From positions 288,001-352,000 of the forward strand of contig CAWKMU010000003.1 in the NCBI GenBank assembly GCA_963850905.1: a stretch of DNA of 64,000 bases. Direction: 5' to 3'. The translations under genes and the position numbers were made by a program. Origin of the DNA: an uncultured Gemmatimonadales bacterium (lineage in GTDB: Bacteria > Gemmatimonadota > Gemmatimonadetes > Gemmatimonadales > Gemmatimonadaceae). The notes below the pieces were generated by a model. It worked only from the letters and a program-made list of their open reading frames with translations, ran no database searches and was not told the DNA's origin. The first letter of the stretch is position 1; each line of letters starts with the position of its first letter. Below are positions 52,351-61,827 of the stretch, piece after piece.

Positions 52351-52599
52351 TCCTCAAATATCGGAGGCGTTCCCAGACACCTGATCTGACCCCGCGTTCG
52401 TCTTCGCCACGCCATTACGCCCCTGGTCATATCCATCACTTTCTACCCATCCCGTCTCGGACCAAGACGGGAGACGGCGGGCCTGACTCCCATCGTATCC
52501 CCGCGGGGCGTGGCGCCTCTTGTCACGGCTCGCCAGGCGCTGCTTGGCTTTTTGGCGTTCCTGGCCCGGTGGGGATTCCGTTGATCGGAGGGGCTCGCG

Positions 52600-53442
52600 A
52601 TGGCGGGTCGGAGTTGGACGGTTGTGGTGGTGCCGAGGGGGAGCGACGCACCCCGCACGCTCGAGATCACGGAACGGGGAGTCAAGCGGACGCTCTGGAC
52701 GCTCGGCGTACTCGCGGGCGTTGGCATCGCCGCCATCGCGGTGATGGCCATCCGCCTCAGCACTATGCCGGTCTTTGCGGCCTTCTTGACCCCCGCCGAC
52801 AAGCAGCTGGCCGACCTCCGGAGCCACATGGCCGAGCTCCGCGACACGATCGCGATCATTGACAAGCGCGACGCGGACATCCGGCTGCTGGCGGGGCTGC
52901 CCGATCCGGACTCCGGTCTCATCGTGGCGCAGTTGCCGCTGGATGTCGACACGCTGATCGAGCGTGCAAATGCCCTCTCCGCAAACTTCGCCGCGGTCTC
53001 GACGACACTGTCCAAGAACAACGCGCGGCTGTCCGCCACGCCGTCCATCATGCCGACCCGCGGATGGCTCTCCAGTCAGTTCTCACTCGCGCGCTTCCAT
53101 CCGATTCTGCACCGCACGCGCCCGCATGAGGGCATTGATGTCGCGGCGCCGTACGGTGCGCCGGTTGTCGCACCCGCCGCGGGGACCGTGACGCGGATCA
53201 GTCGCCAGACGGGCTATGGGCTCGTGCTCGACATCGACCACGGCAACGGGATTGCGACCAAGTACGCGCACCTTTCACGGATCGTAGTGCGTGAAGGTCA
53301 GCACGTCGTTCGTGGCCAGCCGATCGCCGCCGTCGGAAACAGCGGCCTCTCCACTGGCCCGCACCTGCACTACGAAGTGCACGTGAACGGCAAGGTCGTG
53401 GACCCGCTGACCTACGTGCTGCCTGGGGCAATACCGGATTAG
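52600..53442 (+). CDS. M23 family metallopeptidase (membrane-anchored)
   Basis: HEGID, YAHLS, STGPHLHYEV and N-terminal TM segment. Confidence 0.93.
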   Translation: MAGRSWTVVVVPRGSDAPRTLEITERGVKRTLWTLGVLAGVGIAAIAVMAIRLSTMPVFAAFLTPADKQLADLRSHMAELRDTIAIIDKRDADIRLLAGLPDPDSGLIVAQLPLDVDTLIERANALSANFAAVSTTLSKNNARLSATPSIMPTRGWLSSQFSLARFHPILHRTRPHEGIDVAAPYGAPVVAPAAGTVTRISRQTGYGLVLDIDHGNGIATKYAHLSRIVVREGQHVVRGQPIAAVGNSGLSTGPHLHYEVHVNGKVVDPLTYVLPGAIPD

Positions 53443-53556
53443 AGGCTAGACGCTAGACGCTGGACGCTGGAGACAAACCTCGAGGGCCAGCTACAGGTCG
53501 CGTAGCTGGCCCTCGAGCTATCTCCAACGTCTAGTATTTGCGTCTAGCGTCTAACG
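53443..53556. terminator. Palindromic element: 16-bp perfect hairpin flanked by inverted AGACGCT/AGCGTCT arms between convergent genes
   Basis: ctcgagggccagctac-N7-gtagctggccctcgag (53479-53517). Confidence 0.75.
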
Positions 53557-55110
53557 TCAAGAACATGTAGTCGCCGTGCTGCCGTTCCGCGCCGACACGT
53601 CGCCAATCGGAATCGGCTCGACCATCGTGTGAAGGTCCGTCTTCCCCCACGTGGTCGTGTACTGGTCGATCAGGCCGTAATCCCGGATCAAGATCGTGCG
53701 ATACTCGCCACTCTCCAGGAGGTTGGACGCCCGGAACTCGTACAGCAACTGCTTTTGGACCGCGGTGAATCCCGCGAGAGTCACGGGAGTCGCGCCCGCG
53801 GCCGAGCGGACCGCGTTGATCAGAATCGCGGCCTGCCCCGTATTCCCCAACCCCAACTGGATCGCTGCGTCGAGGAGGACCATGTCCTCGTTGCGAACGA
53901 TCGGAATCGGCGAGTTCGCGCTCGTGTACGTCCCAATCGTTTGCGCCAAAGACACCACGGAATTGAATGTCGGTTGGCCCGGCGACCCGCCCCCGATGAT
54001 CTTATTGATGCGCGGATCACCCAACATTGCGCTGTCCGCCGCATTCAATACGAACATGGTGGTGAGACCCGTGAACACCGGATTCGGTTGGTCGCCCGAT
54101 GCACCACTGTAAGAGTGGTACACACCGAGCGGGTCGCCGTAGTCCGTCGCCGCGAGCTGGACGTATTCGACCGTGCCACCGTTGAAAATGAACGACGCTT
54201 TCGCCGCGACGTCTGCGGCTTGCAGTGCGCTCACCAATGGCGCCCCCTGGGGGTTCGTGCTGCTCGGCGGCGTACCACCCGGGGAACGCGCGACCGCGTA
54301 CGCGTATTCGAGCTCCGCTTTGGCTTGGAGCGCTCGGTTGAAACCCGCAAACGTGCCGGGCGTGCCCGGCGGCCCAGCCAGGCTGGCCGCGTTGAACCCT
54401 GGCGGCAGGCTCACCGGGAGTGGGCCCGTGCCCGTCTTCGGCGATCCAGCGACCAGATCCGCCTCGCCGGAGTCGAGCAACGCCGTGATGTACGCCCACA
54501 CGTCCTTGTTGCAGAGAATCGGCGCGACCCCGCCGGGCGCCATATCGACGCCGTAGACCGGGACCCCGTTGCTGTCGCGCGTCTCGGCCAGCAGCATGTA
54601 GTTGTACGCCTTCCACGTCTGCGTGACGCCCGCGATGAGGTTTGCGTCTGACGCGCTGTACGCCGGTGTCACGCTCGGCAAGTTCGTGAGGATGAGATTC
54701 GCGTTCTTCGCGACGCGAAACTCGTTGTCCCACACGACCCCGCCGTAGAAGTCACTGTTCGGGATCGGCGTGCCGTTCCCGAGCCACTCCGTGACGTAGC
54801 GCGAGTCAGTGTTCGTGAAGTTGCCCGCATCGCGCCCGAACGACGACATTGCTTGCACGTAGTAGAACAGGTCGGTCCCGCTTTCCGACGACCCGCGAGT
54901 GGCCGAGATGATACCCGTGACCTGCTGCTGGATCGACGACTGCGCTGTCGGGTTGAGTGTGGGCGAGTTGTAGTTCGGGACTGCCGGATCGTTGCAGGCA
55001 GCGAGTGTGCACAACGCGACCGCGGCCGTGGCGCCTCGGGACCAGCCGAGCCCACGACTCCGCGTGCCGCTGGAAGGCTGCCCAGCAGCGAGAAGAGAGA
55101 TGTGAGTCAT
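53557..55110 (-). CDS. SusD/RagB-like outer-membrane lipoprotein
   Basis: Lipobox TLAA-C, directly downstream of susC; PIVRNEDMVLLDA, INAVR and PIPIGD. Confidence 0.85.
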   Translation of the reverse strand: MTHISLLAAGQPSSGTRSRGLGWSRGATAAVALCTLAACNDPAVPNYNSPTLNPTAQSSIQQQVTGIISATRGSSESGTDLFYYVQAMSSFGRDAGNFTNTDSRYVTEWLGNGTPIPNSDFYGGVVWDNEFRVAKNANLILTNLPSVTPAYSASDANLIAGVTQTWKAYNYMLLAETRDSNGVPVYGVDMAPGGVAPILCNKDVWAYITALLDSGEADLVAGSPKTGTGPLPVSLPPGFNAASLAGPPGTPGTFAGFNRALQAKAELEYAYAVARSPGGTPPSSTNPQGAPLVSALQAADVAAKASFIFNGGTVEYVQLAATDYGDPLGVYHSYSGASGDQPNPVFTGLTTMFVLNAADSAMLGDPRINKIIGGGSPGQPTFNSVVSLAQTIGTYTSANSPIPIVRNEDMVLLDAAIQLGLGNTGQAAILINAVRSAAGATPVTLAGFTAVQKQLLYEFRASNLLESGEYRTILIRDYGLIDQYTTTWGKTDLHTMVEPIPIGDVSARNGSTATTCS

Positions 55111-55112
55111 GG

Positions 55113-58100
55113 TTAGAATCCCAAGTCGAGAGAGATGAAGAAGCTGCGGGCCGGCGGATACGGCGTGACCTCCTGGCCACGGTTGACTTGCTGATTGCCG
55201 AAGTTGCTCACCTCGGGGTCGAGCCCGAGGTAGTTCGGATAGATATTGATGAGGTTCCGCCCCGACAGCTGCAGTCGCGCTGAGGTGAAGCGCAGACTCG
55301 GGATGCGAAGCAGCCACGAATTCGGCAAATCGTAGCTCAACGTGACTTCACGCAGCTTGAGATACGTCCCCGGCTCGAGGTACGGCGCGAGGCCGTTGTT
55401 TGCTTCCGACACCAACTGTTGGGCCACTGCCTGGTTGCCGTAGAGGCCGGGGCCGGGGGCGAAGTATCCCATGGTCAGGTCCGACGTACTGCCGCCCTTG
55501 ACCCAGTCCCACAACCCGTACACATGCCAGCGCTGGAAATTGAACTCGTTGGACCAGCTCGCGACGAAATCCGGCTGAGCGTTACCCACGCCGATCGGGT
55601 TCCCCTGCGCATCCACCTGACTGGTGTTGACAATCCACGTGACCGGCTTGCCCTGCTGGATGTAGTACGTGCCAAAGGGGCCACCGAACTGCGCGCCGGC
55701 AGCGTACGCCGGAACGGGCAGGTAATTGACGGTGCTGTAGTTCCGCGCAAACGTGCCGGTCGTGACCCACGTGAGGCTGTTCTTCAGCTGAATGGGCGTG
55801 ACTGCGAGCGAGATTTCCGCGCCCTTGTTGGTGAACTCGCCACCGTTGAACCACTGTGCGTCGGTGCCCGAGCTCGGCGCGATGCTCGCCTCGAGCAGCA
55901 GGCTGCTGATGCGCTTCTGGTACACCGTGAACCCGAGCTGCGCCCGCGAGTTGAACATGGTCGCGTCGAAGCCCGTCTCGATCTCCGCGTTCGTCTCGGG
56001 CTTGATGTTCGCGTCGTTGGTGATTTCCGACGTGACGACGCCGGGAGCACCAGCATTGTGCTGCAGGAGCAAGTTGTCGTATCCGGTGTAGCTCAGCCCG
56101 TAGAGTGGGTCCGTTCCGGACACGCCGTAGGCCGCGCGCAGCTTGAGGTCGTTAATGAAGCTGGCGAACTGCGGCAGGCGATACGAGGCCGCGTACTTCG
56201 GATATACGTAGTATTTGTTGACGTCGCCGTTGGCCGTGCTGCGCTGCGCGGTCAGACCGCCCGTGACCGTGAGCGTCTGGTTCAACGTGATGAACTGTTC
56301 CTGCCCGTAGAACGCCATCGTGCGGGAAGCTGTCCGGGTGTCGAACACTGTCTGGACGGACGCCGCGGTCGGCGAGGAGATGCCGCTCGGGAGACCCTGC
56401 CCGACGTTGTACGGGTTGCTGAAGGTACGCTGGTCACGCGTCCACCCGACTGACGTCGTGGCGTCGATGTATTGGCCGCTCGTGTAGTGGTGGACGAGGT
56501 TGAGCGCCCAGTTGGTGTAGTTGGTCGCGCTCGAGAGGTTGGTCGTCGTGCCATCGAGCGCCTTGAACTGCTCGATCTGCAGTTGCGGCGGCGAGTAGAT
56601 GCGCACGCCCTCGTTCGCGAGGTCGGCGCCACCCAGCGCAGTGAAGTTCAAGCTCTGATTCTCGTTGGTGAAAATCCGCCAAGCGATGTTGCCGCCGCCA
56701 ATGAAGCGGTCGACTTCGTCGGGCGTCTCGATCAAGCTGGCGTCGGCAAAGGCGTTGCCGAATCCATACGGATTGAAGGCGTAGCCGCCGTAGTTGGCGC
56801 TCGACGGCCCGGAGTGCTGGCTCATGTTGAAGAACTGCGGCGTCGTCGAGAAGACGTCGTACGGCGAGATGCCGACGTTGTCGTTGCCCGAAATGCCGCG
56901 GACCGTGAGCGAGTGCGCGTAGTACACGTTGGCAGTCGCCGTGAGGCTCTGCGACATCGACTGCGTGATGTTGGCGCGGGCCGCCTGCTTGTTGTACCCG
57001 GTGTTGATCAGGATGCCGTTGTCATACTTCGACATCGCCGACACGAAGTACTGCGTGCCCCCCTGCGCGCCGCGCACGCTGAGGTCCCCCTCGTACGACG
57101 CCTGGCCGCCACCGAATAGCTCGTTCTGGAAATCGCAGTTGCACTGATACGTGCCGGCTGGCATCGTCCCGCCCACGTACGTGGTCCACCAAGCCTGCGC
57201 CGACGCTTCCGTCGGGAAGGTGGTGATGTCCATGGTGTGCCCGTTCGTGAACGTCCCGAGCTTGCCGGAGAGATCCCACTTGGCCTTGCCCGGCTCGCCT
57301 TTTTTCGTGGTGATCACGACGACGCCGGATCCCGCGCGGGATCCGTAGATCGCGGACGCGGAGGCGCCCTTCAACACCTGAATCGACTCGATGTCGGCCG
57401 GGTTCAGGTCGGCGATCCGGTTGGGGCTGTTGTCCTGCATGTCCTGGGCGATCCCGTTGTTGCCCGCGCCCGTGACGGCGTTCTCACCCGAGTTGACCGT
57501 CTCGTTGTCGACGATCACGCCGTCGATCACGTACAACGGTGAGGCATCCGCGTTGATCGAAGTAACCCCGCGAATCTGGATCTGCATCCCACCGCCCGGA
57601 GCGCCACCGTTGTTCTGCTGGATCTCGGCCCCCGGGATCTTGCCCTGTAACGCGTTCTCGATCGTCGGTGCGGGAACCTGGTTGATCTGATCCGCGTTCA
57701 GCACCGTGATGCTCTGCGGCGAGTTCCGTGTCGAGATGCTCGTCGCGGCACCCGTGATGACCTGTGCCTCGAGTTGCAGCACATCCTGCGTCATCGCGAG
57801 GGTGACTTCGTTCTGATCGGCCGCGACGGGCAACGTCAATGGTTGATAGCCGATGCGTCGTGCCGTGAGCGTGATGGCCGTCGCGGGTACGTTGTTGATC
57901 CGGAACGTACCACTGTCGGTCGTCGTCGCCCCCAACTGCGTGCCGGTCACTAGCACCGCGACCCCCGCCACTGGTGCGTTGTTCCCGGCATCGGTGACTC
58001 GCCCGGAGACCTGCCGCTGCGCCTGGCCCGTAGCCACGACGGCAATTGTGCCGACGGCTACGCCCAGAAGCATGCGCCCGATCCGGGGCACTACTCCTAC

Positions 58101-58115
58101 CACGTGTCTGTTCAC
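55113..58115 (-). CDS. SusC/RagA-family TonB-dependent receptor
   Basis: N-terminal CarboxypepD-like domain, ALQGKIPG, PLYVIDGV, LNPADIESIQVLKGASASAIYGSRA, YLKLREV and C-terminal Phe. GGAGG before GTG at 58115. Confidence 0.95.
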   Translation of the reverse strand: MNRHVVGVVPRIGRMLLGVAVGTIAVVATGQAQRQVSGRVTDAGNNAPVAGVAVLVTGTQLGATTTDSGTFRINNVPATAITLTARRIGYQPLTLPVAADQNEVTLAMTQDVLQLEAQVITGAATSISTRNSPQSITVLNADQINQVPAPTIENALQGKIPGAEIQQNNGGAPGGGMQIQIRGVTSINADASPLYVIDGVIVDNETVNSGENAVTGAGNNGIAQDMQDNSPNRIADLNPADIESIQVLKGASASAIYGSRAGSGVVVITTKKGEPGKAKWDLSGKLGTFTNGHTMDITTFPTEASAQAWWTTYVGGTMPAGTYQCNCDFQNELFGGGQASYEGDLSVRGAQGGTQYFVSAMSKYDNGILINTGYNKQAARANITQSMSQSLTATANVYYAHSLTVRGISGNDNVGISPYDVFSTTPQFFNMSQHSGPSSANYGGYAFNPYGFGNAFADASLIETPDEVDRFIGGGNIAWRIFTNENQSLNFTALGGADLANEGVRIYSPPQLQIEQFKALDGTTTNLSSATNYTNWALNLVHHYTSGQYIDATTSVGWTRDQRTFSNPYNVGQGLPSGISSPTAASVQTVFDTRTASRTMAFYGQEQFITLNQTLTVTGGLTAQRSTANGDVNKYYVYPKYAASYRLPQFASFINDLKLRAAYGVSGTDPLYGLSYTGYDNLLLQHNAGAPGVVTSEITNDANIKPETNAEIETGFDATMFNSRAQLGFTVYQKRISSLLLEASIAPSSGTDAQWFNGGEFTNKGAEISLAVTPIQLKNSLTWVTTGTFARNYSTVNYLPVPAYAAGAQFGGPFGTYYIQQGKPVTWIVNTSQVDAQGNPIGVGNAQPDFVASWSNEFNFQRWHVYGLWDWVKGGSTSDLTMGYFAPGPGLYGNQAVAQQLVSEANNGLAPYLEPGTYLKLREVTLSYDLPNSWLLRIPSLRFTSARLQLSGRNLINIYPNYLGLDPEVSNFGNQQVNRGQEVTPYPPARSFFISLDLGF

Positions 58116-58214
58116 GTACCCTCCCGTGTCGACCCTTCTGGAGGAAAAGAGACCCAGGCCACCCGGCCGCCGCACAGAGGCTGGCATCCAGGAAACCCGG
58201 GCAGGAATGGCGCA

Positions 58215-58272
58215 AGTCTGGCCGGTCGACAAACGGATGTCAAGCGCGCATCAGTAGATATCACAGTGACAT
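58215..58272 (-). promoter_or_regulatory. Candidate sigma70 promoter of susC with an upstream imperfect palindrome
   Basis: Minus strand TTGACA (58243-58238)-N17-CAGACT; palindrome ATATCAC-A-GTGACAT at 58258-58272. Confidence 0.4.
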
Positions 58273-58484
58273 AACGGCTCCTGCCGGACCACGTCGGCGC
58301 GCCAAAAGCCGCCCCGCATACCCGTTGCATAGATGTGCAGAACCCTCCCTCTTGTATGCGAAGGAATGCACCCGTTCTGCATATCAGATGGGCCGCCGAC
58401 GTCGCAGCAGAGCCTGTCAGTTAAGCTTTCGTAAAAAGCAGGTAGACCAAGGAACAGTTGACTGGTCGCGGAGGAGGGCGGCGG

Positions 58485-58690
58485 TCAGACAGCAGACAGC
58501 GGGGTCAGCGGTGAGGGGTAACGGAAAAGCCGGTCACGGTGCGCAGTGACCGGCCTTGGACCGGTAGGGGCGACGCCTTGCGTCGCCCGTCGTTGTCGTT
58601 GCGCCGGTAGGGGCGACGCATTGCGTCGCCCGTCGTTGTCGTTGCGATTGTAGTTCCCAGACCCCAAACCCGAAACCCCAGACCCCGTCG
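58485..58690. repeat. Mosaic element: GCCGGTCAC hairpin, two tandem 43-bp REP units (58561-58646) and CCCAGAC/CCCAAAC arm
   Basis: Read directly in the sequence. Confidence 0.9.
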
Positions 58691-58707
58691 TTTTCTGTTT
58701 CGACCCC

Positions 58708-59301
58708 TCAACTACTCGGCGTCGAGAAATTCACCTTGGGTGCTTCCTGCGCGGCAGCCGTGGCGTTGAAGTACGCGTGCGCCTTGGAGCCGATCGCCCG
58801 CGCCGTCAGCACCTGCGGGAACTGGCGAATGTAGGCGTTATACGTCTCGACCGACTGGTTATAGTCGGTCCTGGCCACCGCAATCCGGTTTTCGGTCCCC
58901 GTGAGCTCGTCCTGCAGCCGCAGAAATGCTTGGTCCGACTTGAGTTGTGGATAGGCTTCCGTCACCGACCGATTGAGGATGGTCACCTGCGAGGAGAGCG
59001 CGAGGTTCGCGTCCGCCTCCTTGGCCGGATCGTGGCTGGCCACCGCGTCCGCCAGCCCGGCGCGCGCCTGGGCCACGCCCTTGAAGACATCGAGCTCCTG
59101 CTTCGCCTGCCCGCGCACCGTCTCGACCAGGTTGCCAATGAGATCGCTCCGGCGCTGGAGCTGGACCTCAATGTTGTGCTGGTTCTGGTTCGCCTGCTCG
59201 TCGAGATTCTGGATCGTGTTGTACCCACACCCCGAGAGCATCACGGTGACACTCGCCATCGCGAGCGCACGTAGCCACCCAGCCCTTTTCACCTTCCCCA
59301 T
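58708..59301 (-). CDS. lemA: LemA family protein (lipoprotein type)
   Basis: LSG-CGYN, QRRSDLI.NLV.TV, EAYPQLKS and LQDELTGTENRIAVAR..YN. Confidence 0.95.
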   Translation of the reverse strand: MGKVKRAGWLRALAMASVTVMLSGCGYNTIQNLDEQANQNQHNIEVQLQRRSDLIGNLVETVRGQAKQELDVFKGVAQARAGLADAVASHDPAKEADANLALSSQVTILNRSVTEAYPQLKSDQAFLRLQDELTGTENRIAVARTDYNQSVETYNAYIRQFPQVLTARAIGSKAHAYFNATAAAQEAPKVNFSTPSS

Positions 59302-59321
59302 ACGCTCCGCCCCCCTTTTAG

Positions 59322-59382
59322 GTCGAACGTCGAACGTCGAACGTCTAGCCGTCTAGCGTCCAGCGTCTAGCGTCTAACGTCT
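59322..59382. repeat. Heptamer array (AACGTCG/AGCGTCT)n
   Basis: gtcgaacgtcgaacgtcgaacgtctagccgtctagcgtccagcgtctagcgtctaacgtct. Confidence 0.9.
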
Positions 59383-59933
59383 CACTCACCGCGAAAACTG
59401 AGTTGGACCACGTATTTCCCCGGTTTGATAGTCGCATCACCTAGCTTCCAGGCCAAGCGGGCCTTCTCGTTCAAGCATTGGTTGACCTGTTCGCCAGGCG
59501 CCTTCGCCGACCACCGGGAGTTCGCCACCTTGGCGTCTTCCACACTGTTGTCCGAGATCGTGACCAGCACGGCCACCCCACCCCGCAGGGAAGGGTCCGC
59601 CTTCTGGCCGAACTCTTCGTAGCAGAAACGCGTGAACGCCTGTTCACGCTGCACCGACGCGAGCAGTGCCGCCGGCGCCGGCGGGTAGTCGACGGGCAGC
59701 ACGTCGGGCTGCGGCTTCGGTCGCGTAAAGGTGTCGGGCGCGGCCGGCGGCAACGCCGTCTGCACCTTCGACAGGTCGGTCGGCGTGGTGTCGACCGGTG
59801 GCGGAGCGACCGCGACCGTGGACACCGGCGGGTTCTTCTTGTCGCCATGACAGGCAACTACGGCCGCAGTAAGCGCCAACACGATCAATGGCCACCGTAC
59901 GCACGCGTGCATAGCAAGCCTCGTCAAAGACAA
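59382..59933 (-). CDS. Lipoprotein with Pro-rich linker and C-terminal TonB-C/AgmX-PglI-like domain
   Basis: Lipobox AVVA-C. RFCYEEFGQKADPSLRGGV...QCLNEKAR is clearly similar to the C-terminus of ORF 62159-63139. Confidence 0.75.
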   Translation of the reverse strand: MSLTRLAMHACVRWPLIVLALTAAVVACHGDKKNPPVSTVAVAPPPVDTTPTDLSKVQTALPPAAPDTFTRPKPQPDVLPVDYPPAPAALLASVQREQAFTRFCYEEFGQKADPSLRGGVAVLVTISDNSVEDAKVANSRWSAKAPGEQVNQCLNEKARLAWKLGDATIKPGKYVVQLSFRGE

Positions 59934-60112
59934 AGGGGAAGTGGGCCGGGCTGCCTCTCAGGCGCAGTATCCCCTCTGGGGCACTACGCTCACTACTACA
60001 GGACGGTTCCACCGTCACCGGACGTCACACCCCCTTTTTTTCTCTCCTATCTCCCTTTTTTCGTCTCCTCTCCCCTTTCTCCCTTCTCGGGCGCCAAGCG
60101 CCCGTGCCCGTC

Positions 60113-60151
60113 CCCTGACCCCTGACCCCTGACCCCTGACCCCTGATCCCT
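60113..60151. repeat. (TGACCCC)n heptamer array
   Basis: ccctgacccctgacccctgacccctgacccctgatccct. Confidence 0.92.
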
Positions 60152-60159
60152 GCGGGTCT

Positions 60160-61038
60160 TTACCAGCTGGCTCCCCCACCGCCACCACCGCCTCCACCGC
60201 CGCCTCCAAACCCCCCAAACCCACCACCACCACCGCCAAAGCCGCCACCACCGCCCCAACCTCCACCCCCTCCCCAACCACCACCATAAGGAAGGAAGAT
60301 CGGCAGGCACCCGCGCCGCCCGCCGCCGCGCCGAGCAATCGCGCTCAGGATGATGAAGATCGCGAGCAGCAGGAAGAACAGTGCCTCGGGCGGGATCCCG
60401 CCGCCTTCCTGACCTGAGCTGCCGGGCGCCGGCGCTAGCGCGGGCAGCGTATTGGTGAAGGTGAAGTGATACTCGTTGGCAAACCGTTGGGCGGTCGAAT
60501 CGGTCACGAGCTCGAGCCCGGCCCCGTAGTTCTGGGTGCGGAAGAACGGGATGGCCGCTCGGCAGATGTCGCCCGCGTCGGCATCGGTAATGAAGCCTTC
60601 TGTGCCATACCCCGTGCTAACGAAGCAGTGGCCGCGCCCGTCCGAGCTGGTCTCCTTTGGCACGAGTAGGATCACCGCTCCGACGTTCCGGGCGGTATCA
60701 CCCGGATTCCCCTTCTTTCCCACACCCCATTGGCGAAGAACAGTCAGGGCCACGTCGGCTGGCGCCCGATCGCCGATGTCTGGGAGCGTCACGATCGCGA
60801 TCTCCCCCGACGATTTCGACTGTACCTGCTGCGCGACCGCGTTGATGTGCGCCGCGTTCTCCGAAGGAATGACGTTCGCGTAGTCGTTCAGGAAGTTCGT
60901 CGGCCGCGGGGGGATCTTGATCGCCCCGGGGTTGAGCTGCGCGTCCGCGACTGCCGGCCTGAGGGTTGTAAGGAAGGCGAGAAGCGCGACGACGAGCCAC
61001 GTGCGCGTCCGCCCGATGCGCGTGCCCGGTTCACCCAT
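60160..61038 (-). CDS. TPM-domain (YgcG-like) membrane protein with Gly-rich tail
   Basis: LNDYANVI, EIAIVT, WGVGKKG, TGYGTEGFITD, TM helix and GGGFGG...GGASW tail. Confidence 0.9.
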   Translation of the reverse strand: MGEPGTRIGRTRTWLVVALLAFLTTLRPAVADAQLNPGAIKIPPRPTNFLNDYANVIPSENAAHINAVAQQVQSKSSGEIAIVTLPDIGDRAPADVALTVLRQWGVGKKGNPGDTARNVGAVILLVPKETSSDGRGHCFVSTGYGTEGFITDADAGDICRAAIPFFRTQNYGAGLELVTDSTAQRFANEYHFTFTNTLPALAPAPGSSGQEGGGIPPEALFFLLLAIFIILSAIARRGGGRRGCLPIFLPYGGGWGGGGGWGGGGGFGGGGGGFGGFGGGGGGGGGGGGASW

Positions 61039-61141
61039 GCGCTGCCAGAGCCCCTGTGGCTGGGCACATCTGCGTCCACTCATACCAATCCAATGGATTT
61101 CCTTGCTCAGCCGCCGCGTCCTCAATAGTTTCGCCCGCTCG

Positions 61142-61564
61142 ATGCCGGTGAGCTCCCGGAGTGCCGCATGGCGCCAGCATTTCAGGTGCGGCAGCGCGGC
61201 CGTTGCGCTAGCGGCGATCGCGTGCGCTCAGCCACACGACCACGCCGCGCGCGGCGATTCTGCCGAGCGAGTGGCACACATCGATAGTAGCGGAAGAAGC
61301 GAGAGCGTGGTAGCGGGCCGCGCCAGCCCCGCGCCCTCGCTGTCCCCCGCGGCCGAAAGCGCAGTCGTCCTCGACCAGGCGTACCAGACTGCCCGGTCGG
61401 CCATCAACGCCGAGGCGTATGCGCTCGACACCCTCCCGGTGATCGCGCGGCACTCACCCAACTACGCCCGCCGCTTCGATGCCCTCCGCCACGCCACCGC
61501 CACCGCCGACAGCCTGCGCCGTGCGAGAGATCACGAACGGGCGCTGGCCGCGAAGGGGCGGTGA
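61142..61564 (+). CDS. Hypothetical small lipoprotein
   Basis: Lipobox-like LAAIA-C; helical C-terminus. Confidence 0.5.
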   Translation: MPVSSRSAAWRQHFRCGSAAVALAAIACAQPHDHAARGDSAERVAHIDSSGRSESVVAGRASPAPSLSPAAESAVVLDQAYQTARSAINAEAYALDTLPVIARHSPNYARRFDALRHATATADSLRRARDHERALAAKGR

Positions 61565-61624
61565 GGGGAAACGACTGGGTGACGGGTGACGGGTTGTTCA
61601 TACGCAGGGCCAAACCCACACAAC

Positions 61625-61820
61625 GGGCGGGCTAAAGCCCGCCCCTACATGTTGCTGTGGACGGCGGTACCCCCGGATTCGCCTACACTCGGCCAGGTGC
61701 CGGTAGGGCACTCCGGGGTTTCACCGTCCACGCCGACATGTAGGGGCGACGCTTTGCGTCGCCCGTTGTTGTCGTAGCGGTTGTCGTTCCCTGATCTCTG
61801 ACCCGTGATCCCTGACCCCT
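61625..61820. repeat. REP cluster (inverted and direct GTAG copies) with TGACCCC arm
   Basis: gggcgggctaaagcccgcccctac; gtaggggcgacgctttgcgtcgccc (61740-61764). Confidence 0.85.
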
Positions 61821-61827
61821 GTCGTTC

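Noticed and set aside
52136..52384. Extended MetG C-terminal domain in the 585-aa ORF
   Set aside because: Read-through into the REPIN after a +1 error. The proper ending PLFPK...* is at 52175.
60160..60290. CCA/CCG-rich low-complexity tract as a repeat element
   Set aside because: It is the Gly-rich tail typical of TPM/YgcG proteins.
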